A stretch of 64,000 nucleotides of DNA from an archaeon. Its GTDB lineage: Archaea > Nanobdellota > Nanobdellia > Woesearchaeales > UBA9642. The notes beneath the pieces were generated by a model. It ran no database searches. It worked only from the letters and a program-made list of their open reading frames with translations, and was not told the origin of the DNA. Where the stretch lies: positions 96,001 to 160,000 of the forward strand of contig JAGVGF010000002.1 in assembly GCA_020057295.1 (NCBI GenBank), written 5' to 3'. Position 1 is the stretch's first letter. Each line of letters opens with the position of its first letter. The position numbers were made by a program, and so were the translations under genes. Positions 19,822 to 27,631 of this stretch are shown piece after piece.

Positions 19822-20755
19822 TTTTCACCAAAGACAATTCTTCCTCTAACTTACACGAATTACAAACTTCTCCCGAGCATGCATCATTACATTTTTTACA
19901 GTAATTAAATGTTCTCTTTTGTTTTTTTTCTCTATAGTGTTCTTTTAATAAAGGAAGAATTTCTAAAAAAGAATTTACAATTCCGTTCTTTGCTCCAGGC
20001 ATCTTGTTTTCAATTGCATTTATTTCGTCTCGAATTACTGCTCTAAACGACATATTAATATTTGGACATTCAGTAAATTCTACTTTAAATCCTTTTAGCA
20101 ACGCAAATAATCTTGTTTCTTTCTCTAGCATAAAATATAATGGTTTTACTCTAGCAACGAATTTATCATTATTACTTAGTCCAGTTATTGGACCGAGTGA
20201 TGCATTATGCGACATGTTCCCTAGAAGTGTATTCATCATAAAACTTTGCGCTTCATCGTCTAAATTATGTCCTGTTACTAATTTTGTTGCTCCAAGTTCT
20301 CTCGCCGAACGGTTTAGTAATGTTCGACGGAAAATTCCACACACCGTACACGGTTTTTTATTACGTTCAGTTATTGCTTTATCTTTTATATTATCTAGTG
20401 TATCTCCAAATTTATCTTTGAATGATACAACATGCAATTTAACATCATACTTCTCGCAGAAAATTCTTAAATCATCTAGTGTATGATCTCTATATCCTGC
20501 TATTCCCTCATCAATTGCTAAAGCAAAGCATTCTATGTCATATTTTTTACAGTAAAGATTTGTCATATACAAAACTGCAAGAGAATCTTTTCCCCCAGAT
20601 GTTGCAACACAAACTTTATCACCTTTTTCTAAGAGATTATTTCTGCTAATAGTTTTTGTAACTTTGCTTTCAAAATATTCTAAGAAGTGTGATTTACAAT
20701 AATTCTGTCCTTGTCCAGCATATACTGCTTTTTTATCGCATTTAGTGCATTTCAT
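19811..20755 (-). CDS. tRNA 2-thiolation protein, NcsA/TtuA/Ncs6 family
   Basis: N-terminal CTKC...CKSH, SGGKDS PP-loop, CTVCGIFRR, TGHNLDD, ECP, C-terminal CKKC...CNSC. Confidence 0.92.
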   Translation of the reverse strand: MKCTKCDKKAVYAGQGQNYCKSHFLEYFESKVTKTISRNNLLEKGDKVCVATSGGKDSLAVLYMTNLYCKKYDIECFALAIDEGIAGYRDHTLDDLRIFCEKYDVKLHVVSFKDKFGDTLDNIKDKAITERNKKPCTVCGIFRRTLLNRSARELGATKLVTGHNLDDEAQSFMMNTLLGNMSHNASLGPITGLSNNDKFVARVKPLYFMLEKETRLFALLKGFKVEFTECPNINMSFRAVIRDEINAIENKMPGAKNGIVNSFLEILPLLKEHYREKKQKRTFNYCKKCNDACSGEVCNSCKLEEELSLVKNVN

Positions 20756-20826
20756 TTTTTATCCTCTGTATTTGTGTATTCGAAATAAAAAATGAAATTT
20801 TGAACGTAGTGAATATATTTCATTTC

Positions 20827-21024
20827 TTATCCGCCGCTAACGACAGATAATATTTTTATATCATCGTCGTTCTCTAATATTTCATCCTCTAATACTACTT
20901 CATCGTTTTTTACAATTAAAACTGTAGATGAATTTATTTTCAAATTTTCAAGAAGCTGTTTACCTGTAATTTTATCAAATTTTAAATTCAAAGACCTACT
21001 ATCTTTTTCTACAAAAACTTTCAT
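20827..21024 (-). CDS. Ubiquitin-like sulfur carrier (SAMP/ThiS/MoaD family)
   Basis: 65 aa, beta-grasp-like, ends VVSGG; upstream of NcsA and the E1 enzyme. Confidence 0.9.
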   Translation of the reverse strand: MKVFVEKDSRSLNLKFDKITGKQLLENLKINSSTVLIVKNDEVVLEDEILENDDDIKILSVVSGG

Positions 21025-21149
21025 TTTATCTCCCTGAGACTAATTCCCAGTTCAATGATGGAAATAAAATTGTCTTTATAAATTTGACCCTCTTTTATTT
21101 GTTATAAATAATCACAACATTTTTATTCTTGTGGCTCTAAATAATATTA

Positions 21150-22028
21150 ATGGCTTCGGGTAAAAAGACGGTGACGAGTATTCCTAAACTAGTCAAATAC
21201 AAATTTAGTTGGGGAGAACAGGCACCTGTATCAGGAATATATGAGTGTTCTATATGTGAGAATTTGGAGGCATTCAAGAAAGGAGAATTCTTTGCGCAAT
21301 GTCAAGAATGTATTAATACTCACGAAGAAAAAGAGAACAAATGGTATGTAACCAATGATTTTGTTTTTTTCATGTCAAAAAATTCTAACGAAGAGTTTGA
21401 AGAAGAAGCAAGCTTTCATATGAAAATTGCACACATCATTAGTGAATGGGCAGGAAATATATGGTTTGTATATTTACACATTATTTGGTTTGGTGTATGG
21501 ATACTCGCCAATGATGGTGCGTTTGGTTTAGTATATATTTTTGATCCATTTCCTTACGGACTTCTAACAATGATAGTATCGTTGGAAGCAATATTCTTAT
21601 CAACATTTATTTTAATGAGTCAGAATTTGTTATCTCAAAAAACGGAATTAAGATCAGAGCATGAATATCAGGTAAATCTTGAAGCGGAAAGAAATGTTGC
21701 AGAGATATATGCCATTGTTAAAGAAATGAAAGAAAATATTAAACTAAATCAAGCTGCTGTAGAAGAAATACGTGATACAATACACACTATGGCTTCTGCA
21801 AGCACTCCAGATTCTACACAAACTGAACCAACAGTGGATAGTGTTCCATTAGAAGCAATAGAGAAGGAACATTTCGAAGAGCATGAACAGTTACTTGAAG
21901 AAGCAGGCATAGATGTAATCCCAGAATCAGCACCGCCAGTAGTTTTAGAGGAACAGATACGAAAAAAACGTGGAAGAAAAAAGAAATTAGTAGAAGAAAC
22001 TGTCGAAGACAAATTTGAGAATATGTGA
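21150..22028 (+). CDS. DUF1003-family membrane protein with N-terminal Zn-ribbon and acidic tail
   Basis: FDPFPYGLLTMIVSLEAIFLSTFILMSQN is the DUF1003 signature; CSIC/CQEC pair. Confidence 0.8.
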   Translation: MASGKKTVTSIPKLVKYKFSWGEQAPVSGIYECSICENLEAFKKGEFFAQCQECINTHEEKENKWYVTNDFVFFMSKNSNEEFEEEASFHMKIAHIISEWAGNIWFVYLHIIWFGVWILANDGAFGLVYIFDPFPYGLLTMIVSLEAIFLSTFILMSQNLLSQKTELRSEHEYQVNLEAERNVAEIYAIVKEMKENIKLNQAAVEEIRDTIHTMASASTPDSTQTEPTVDSVPLEAIEKEHFEEHEQLLEEAGIDVIPESAPPVVLEEQIRKKRGRKKKLVEETVEDKFENM

Positions 22029-23543
22029 TTACTTAATAATACTTTTACCTGTCATTTCTTTTGGACTCTTTATATCCATAATTTTTAGTACAGTTGGTGC
22101 TATATCTTTTAACCCGCAACCTTTTTTTAACTTTATTTTTTGTAATTTTTGGTCTTTAGAAACAACTATGAATGGTATAGGATTAGTAGTATGACTTGTT
22201 GCCCATTTTGGACTTTTATCCTCGACATTTCCATGATCTGCAAATACTAATAGTATATAGTTGTGTTCTAATCCTGCTTTGATGATTTTTCCTAATGCTG
22301 TATCAACAGCAATGACTGCTTTGCGAATAGCTTCTTTTATTCCAGTATGACCGACCATATCTCCATTAACTAAATTTGTAACAATTAAATCATATTTTTC
22401 TGTGTTAATCTCTTGAACCAGTCTATCTGTAACTTCATATACGCTCATCTCAGGTTTCAAATCATATGTTGCAACCTTTGGTGAAGGTATTAAAATTCTT
22501 TCTTCGTTAGAATTTGGTTGTTCAGTTTGTCCGTTGAAAAAGAATGTTATGTGTGCATATTTTTCAGTTTCAGATATTCTTAATTGTTTTAATCCGCTCT
22601 GTGCTATGACTTCTCCAAGCAAATTTTTAAGTTTTTCATCTTTGAATGCCACGTTACAATTCATAGGATCATAATATTGTGTCATAGCTACATAAAAAAT
22701 ATTTTTTTTAGTTCTTTGCCAACCATCAAAATTGTTTTCAACCATTGCTTGAGTGAATTGTCTTGGTCTATCTGTTCTAAAATTATAGAATATCATTGAG
22801 TCATTATCTTTAACTCCGCTGTACCATTCAGCTTTTCTAGGAATTATGAATTCATCATTCTCTTTATTTGCATGACATGTTTTTATTTGTTGCATCGCAT
22901 CTTTAAATTTTTCCGTACATTGACCATCAATAATACAATCATATGCTTGTTTTGTTCTTTCCCATCTTTTATCTCTATCCATGGTGTAATATCTTCCAGA
23001 TATAGTAACAATTTTTCCAACACTTACTTTTTTAATCTTATCTATAAGTTTCTTAACATGTTTCTCACTATCTGTTACTGGTGCATCTCTTCCATCGGTT
23101 ATTACATGTATATACACATCGTTAAATTTTTCCTTCTTACATAAATCAAGTATTGCGAATAAGTGATCTTCGTGTGCGTGAACTCCTTCTACTTGAAGTA
23201 ATCCAATAATGTGTAAATTGCTTTTATTTTTTTTACAATTTTCTATCGCTTTCAAGAATTCAGGTATCTTAAAGAACACTTTATCTTTTATGCTCTTGTT
23301 GATTTTTTCTAGTGACTGAAATATTATTCTTCCAGATCCAATAGTCATATGTCCTACTTCAGAATTACCTTGGTATCCTTTTGGCACACCTACGGCTTCA
23401 CCAGAAGCATCTAATAGTACATTAGGATAATTATTCATTATTTTATCTGTGTTTGGAGTTGGAACTTCGAAAAGGGCATTATTTTTTTTGTTTTTTCTGT
23501 ATCCCCATCCATCTCGTATTACTAGAATAACTTTGTTTTTCAT
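22029..23543 (-). CDS. gpmI: 2,3-bisphosphoglycerate-independent phosphoglycerate mutase
   Basis: DGWG, GNSEVGH, DGRD, GRYYTMDRD, NFRTDR, ETEKYAH, DMVGHTG, ADHGN. Confidence 0.96.
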   Translation of the reverse strand: MKNKVILVIRDGWGYRKNKKNNALFEVPTPNTDKIMNNYPNVLLDASGEAVGVPKGYQGNSEVGHMTIGSGRIIFQSLEKINKSIKDKVFFKIPEFLKAIENCKKNKSNLHIIGLLQVEGVHAHEDHLFAILDLCKKEKFNDVYIHVITDGRDAPVTDSEKHVKKLIDKIKKVSVGKIVTISGRYYTMDRDKRWERTKQAYDCIIDGQCTEKFKDAMQQIKTCHANKENDEFIIPRKAEWYSGVKDNDSMIFYNFRTDRPRQFTQAMVENNFDGWQRTKKNIFYVAMTQYYDPMNCNVAFKDEKLKNLLGEVIAQSGLKQLRISETEKYAHITFFFNGQTEQPNSNEERILIPSPKVATYDLKPEMSVYEVTDRLVQEINTEKYDLIVTNLVNGDMVGHTGIKEAIRKAVIAVDTALGKIIKAGLEHNYILLVFADHGNVEDKSPKWATSHTTNPIPFIVVSKDQKLQKIKLKKGCGLKDIAPTVLKIMDIKSPKEMTGKSIIK

Positions 23544-23630
23544 ATTTTTTTCTGTATCTTTGTTTTATATAAATCTTTTTAATGTTAAATCTGTGCTTAT
23601 TTTTCTATGTGTGTACAAAAGACTAAAAAT

Positions 23631-23791
23631 ATTACATGAAGATTACATAAAGCATACATTAAGATTACTGTCTGTTTTTGCTCTTATTGTTATCTTAAAT
23701 AGTAATCTTTATAAATCCTAAGCTCCAGTTATATGGAATACATTAGAAATACAATTATTGAATAAAAGGTTAACATTAAGCATACATGGAC
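23631..23791 (+). promoter_or_regulatory. Promoter region of the RHH operon with 11-bp direct repeats
   Basis: attacatgaag/attacataaag/catacattaag in tandem (23631-23663), further copies at 23770-23791; TATA tttataaa at 23708-23715. Confidence 0.5.
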
Positions 23792-23923
23792 TTTGGTGGG
23801 GACCAAGGTTTTAATCCATGAGAGAATTACAAGAACGACATCCATAACAAATATGCTCAGTGGCCGCTGCCGGGAATAAATCCACGTCCAAGAATTTTCC
23901 AAGCAATCCTCCAGGTGGCGGTC
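23785..23923 (+). ncRNA. Putative structured 5' leader or small RNA
   Basis: GC-rich patch in AT-rich DNA. Hairpin catgga-ctttggt/accaagg-tccatg (23785-23820) and stem 23862-23875/23910-23923 with G-U pairs. Confidence 0.4.
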
Positions 23924-23946
23924 CTAAAATTTAAGTGACTAGCAAA

Positions 23947-24105
23947 ATGAGTGAGAAAATAGAAACCGTTAACATCCGTTTATCCCCTGAATTAATTAAG
24001 ATTATAGATTCCTTAATTGCACAAGGACTATATAGTTCTCGAAGTGAATTTATTCGTGATATATGTAGGAATTATGTTCTAGAAGAGAGGTATAAGAATG
24101 AGTAA
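23947..24105 (+). CDS. Ribbon-helix-helix (CopG/MetJ-like) regulator, 52 aa
   Basis: Not in the ORF track. MSEKIETVNIRLSPELIKIIDSLIAQGLYSSRSEFIRDICRNY has the canonical RHH pattern and overlaps the next start. Confidence 0.85.
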   Translation: MSEKIETVNIRLSPELIKIIDSLIAQGLYSSRSEFIRDICRNYVLEERYKNE

Positions 24106-24427
24106 GACTCTCTCCAAAACTCGTAAGGACACAATTGTTTCTGTACGTCTGCCTAAAAGTTTAGTCGAAGAACTAAAAGATATTCAGCAAATAAATCATT
24201 TCATGGATTTAAGCGATGAGATAAGGTTTGTTGTTCGAAGATATTGTTTAAGCTTCCTAAATAGTCAGGATCAAAATTTAACACAAGCAAAACCTCCTAT
24301 AGAATTACTTGCAGAACAAAAACGTAAAGAAAAATTAATTGACGATCTTTCAAAAATTATTGAAAACTTAAAGGGAAACAAACAAACTATACCCGCTAAT
24401 CAAAATCAAAACAATTCAAATGAATAA
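24098..24427 (+). CDS. Ribbon-helix-helix protein with C-terminal helical extension
   Basis: IVSVRLPKSLVEELK...DLSDEIRFVVR. Confidence 0.8.
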   Translation: MSKTLSKTRKDTIVSVRLPKSLVEELKDIQQINHFMDLSDEIRFVVRRYCLSFLNSQDQNLTQAKPPIELLAEQKRKEKLIDDLSKIIENLKGNKQTIPANQNQNNSNE

Positions 24428-27400
24428 AAAAACAATCATCGGAATAGGAATATTCGTTATTTTAGTTACACTACTATTAACATTCGGATTAACTAAAACA
24501 GTAAATGCACAATCAATAATAACAAACAACAGCAATACAGCATTAAATAGCATAACATATCAATTAGATATTGCTGAGTTAAATCTTTCAAACATCAACA
24601 ATATGCAGTTCGATTCAAACACTAATACAACCACCATAACTAATATTAGTAATATAATAAATTATGAATGTAGTTTAGGAATAAATAATTATACTTATCT
24701 AAATGGAGGATCAACAACAACGTTAAACGCTTTAATAAATATAATGCAATCGTTAAACATTACATTAACAGATAATTATTATGCTTTGGCATTAAATTGT
24801 ACATATAATATAACTTCATTTAACACAACCACATATATTGTTTTATATTATAATGAAACGAGCAATGATACATACAACATTACTAATATCTCATCATATA
24901 ATGTTTCATCACAAACATTCATTCCTACAATAAAAAATATTTTAGTAGATACAAGCAATCCTATGATTTTATTGTATGCTCCAATAAATAGTAGCATATA
25001 TACAAATAATTCCAACACCACTGTTACACTAAATTTCACGATTAGTGATTTATCACAAACAAACTGTACGTTGTCTTTGAACAATAATACCGATAATTTA
25101 CAATCTAATATTACTAGTATTCAATATATTTTGCCTTTAGGAAATTACACATATAATCTATCTTGTATAGATGCGTTAAATAATTCAAACCTCAACAGTT
25201 CAAACTTTAAGGTATTAAGTAATGTGACACCTGTAGAAGATGTATTCTTAAACATTCAATTAACAAAACCCTCATTTGGTTTAGGTGAGATTGGACAGTA
25301 TATTATTAATGCAAATAATAATTCCAATGTTACAATAACCATTTGTCCTGTGGCTTCTGGATGGGTGCAATGTTATGTTACTCCTGTATTTGTAAATTAT
25401 ACTTATCCGCTAACACAAGCATTACCTTATACTAATAAAACTGGAAAGTATATGATTCAAGCCGTAATGAATTACAAAAATTATACTCTAAGCACCAATA
25501 CAACATACGATACAGCAAATACAATTACTGCTACTATAACTGCATCAAACATTACTGTTGGTGTTGGTAGTATAATAACATTCAATGCCGTAGCAAGTGG
25601 AGGAATTGGAACTTACTCTTACAAATGGACAATGCATGATAATACAAGATTTGATGGAACGTCCGCATATAAGAATTACACTTCATCAGGCACTTACAAA
25701 GTGAACTTGAATGTTAATGATAGTCAGGGAAATCAATACAATACATCAATAGATGTAGTAATAAAAAATTATTATACACTAACCGTTGTGGTTACAGATA
25801 AAGACACAGGTTCAAGAATTACTGATTCAAAAGTAGAAGTGAATAATGATATAAGACAAACAGATAGTAATGGTATAGCAACATTTAGACTATTAGACAA
25901 TTCATATGATATATATGTTTCAAAAAACAATTACGGAGGATATGTTAATAGTGTAGGATTGAGTGCTGATCGAACAGTATATATGAATATGTCATTCCAG
26001 GATGTTGTACCTCCAAGAATTACTTTATTAACTGATAATGATTTCGTATTCTCTCAAGATAATGTTAAATTAAAGTTTAAGGCTGATGATGCTACAAATG
26101 TTGCTTGTTCACTATACACAGCATCAATGAACGATAGTTGGTATACTCTAAAAGATTCTGGAGATAATTTACTTGCAAACACTGAATACACATTTGAGCT
26201 TACAAATTTATCATATGGAGGCTACAAGTGGCGTGTAGAATGTTTTGATACAGAAAAGAATAAAGGTGTTAGTGAAGAGAGAAAGTTTGTGATATCAGAT
26301 AGTAATACAGCTCTAGTCTTACAATATACTAACAGCAATTCTGATGCCATAAATACTGCATTAGATAATCTGAATAAGTTATCTGGTGAAGAATCAGAAG
26401 TTGCTGATATATTAACTGTACGTGAAGATTTAAAAGATTTGCTTGAAAGAATCAACAGAATGGACAAAGATATTCATGATCTAGCTTTCAGAAGAGATTT
26501 GGATGAAAAAGGAAAACAGGACGTTCAACAAAACCTTACCCAAACCTTAGAATATATGAAATATAATACTCCAATAAATATACAAATCAGTGATTCTAAA
26601 ACTTTTGTAAAATATATCAAGGATATTGATTTAAACATATTGCTTGAAGAGTATATAAGCATAAAGAATATGAATGTTAACAAAAAAGCATTCTTGGAAT
26701 CAACTAAGAGTGTTCAATCTAAAGCAGTAATTTCTACACGTGTAAGAAGTGTGGTATTACATTATCTTGATGGTAAAACTAAAGAAATAACTTTAGTCAC
26801 AAAAACTATTAAACCATCAACTTCAGATGATGAATTATTGTTTGAAAATTCTAAAACTATAACTTTTGTAGAAGTCGTTCCTAAAAGTATTGCATCATCT
26901 ATGAAACAATTGAACATGTTAAATAAAGAGTACACGGTCCTCAAAGATGATCCTGTTATAGAATTTGCCCCAAATATTAAAACTATAAATTATTATATTG
27001 ATAAAAAGGTTGATGCTCAAGATTTCCAAAAAGTTGATACTGTAATAATTGATAAAAATATTAATGCTTTAAGATCTCCTACAGGATTGGCAATACTTGG
27101 TGTTGATAATATTTCTGATATTCCTATAGATGGTCAAACTATAATGATAGTACTAATTTTAGTGTTGTTAATGTTCTATTTGGTTTTACATTTCGAATTA
27201 ATAGATAAATTACGTAGTATAGGATTTGGATCAAAAAAGAAAATCACGTATGTTAAAGTTTTAATTAACGATGCTCTCGATTATTTGGAGGCTGAAGATT
27301 ATGAGAAAGCAGCATTCGTATATAGAGAGATAAAATTATCTTATGAAAGTTCAAATAGTTTTGTTAGAAAAAAGGTATATACTGAATCTTATGAATTATG

Positions 27401-27596
27401 TAATAAATTAGATCTAAAATATACTGAATATTTACTAGAACATATAGAATCTTATATTAGACAGGAGAATAAAACTGCTGCAATATTAGAATTTGATAAG
27501 TTAGAAAAAACTTACAATAGATTAGATGACTCTTATAAGGCTAGAATTAGTGATAAATTCAAAAATGCCTTAGAAAAAATAAAAACAGTACTATAG
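24420..27596 (+). CDS. Membrane-anchored surface protein (Ig-like repeats, PKD domain, coiled coil, TM, cytoplasmic helical domain)
   Basis: Signal peptide (VNA-Q); PKD-like YSYKW...Y...GTYKVNLNVND; Cys-containing Ig repeats; TM IMIVLILVLLMFYLVL; charged helical C-terminus. Confidence 0.8.
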   Translation: MNKKTIIGIGIFVILVTLLLTFGLTKTVNAQSIITNNSNTALNSITYQLDIAELNLSNINNMQFDSNTNTTTITNISNIINYECSLGINNYTYLNGGSTTTLNALINIMQSLNITLTDNYYALALNCTYNITSFNTTTYIVLYYNETSNDTYNITNISSYNVSSQTFIPTIKNILVDTSNPMILLYAPINSSIYTNNSNTTVTLNFTISDLSQTNCTLSLNNNTDNLQSNITSIQYILPLGNYTYNLSCIDALNNSNLNSSNFKVLSNVTPVEDVFLNIQLTKPSFGLGEIGQYIINANNNSNVTITICPVASGWVQCYVTPVFVNYTYPLTQALPYTNKTGKYMIQAVMNYKNYTLSTNTTYDTANTITATITASNITVGVGSIITFNAVASGGIGTYSYKWTMHDNTRFDGTSAYKNYTSSGTYKVNLNVNDSQGNQYNTSIDVVIKNYYTLTVVVTDKDTGSRITDSKVEVNNDIRQTDSNGIATFRLLDNSYDIYVSKNNYGGYVNSVGLSADRTVYMNMSFQDVVPPRITLLTDNDFVFSQDNVKLKFKADDATNVACSLYTASMNDSWYTLKDSGDNLLANTEYTFELTNLSYGGYKWRVECFDTEKNKGVSEERKFVISDSNTALVLQYTNSNSDAINTALDNLNKLSGEESEVADILTVREDLKDLLERINRMDKDIHDLAFRRDLDEKGKQDVQQNLTQTLEYMKYNTPINIQISDSKTFVKYIKDIDLNILLEEYISIKNMNVNKKAFLESTKSVQSKAVISTRVRSVVLHYLDGKTKEITLVTKTIKPSTSDDELLFENSKTITFVEVVPKSIASSMKQLNMLNKEYTVLKDDPVIEFAPNIKTINYYIDKKVDAQDFQKVDTVIIDKNINALRSPTGLAILGVDNISDIPIDGQTIMIVLILVLLMFYLVLHFELIDKLRSIGFGSKKKITYVKVLINDALDYLEAEDYEKAAFVYREIKLSYESSNSFVRKKVYTESYELCNKLDLKYTEYLLEHIESYIRQENKTAAILEFDKLEKTYNRLDDSYKARISDKFKNALEKIKTVL

Positions 27597-27631
27597 TTAA
27601 TATTTTTTTGAAATGTTATGTGAAATAAAAT

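Noticed and set aside
20790-20825. Inverted repeat aaatgaaat...atttcattt with a gaacgtagtgaa loop between the SAMP and NcsA genes
   Set aside because: Single AT-rich copy in the window; it cannot be told apart from chance or a minor REP-like element.
23786-23938. Possible TGA-readthrough (selenoprotein-like) ORF MDFGGDQGFNP*ENYK...
   Set aside because: No recognisable protein or archaeal SECIS motif, and TGA is used as a normal stop elsewhere. RNA structure explains the GC content better.
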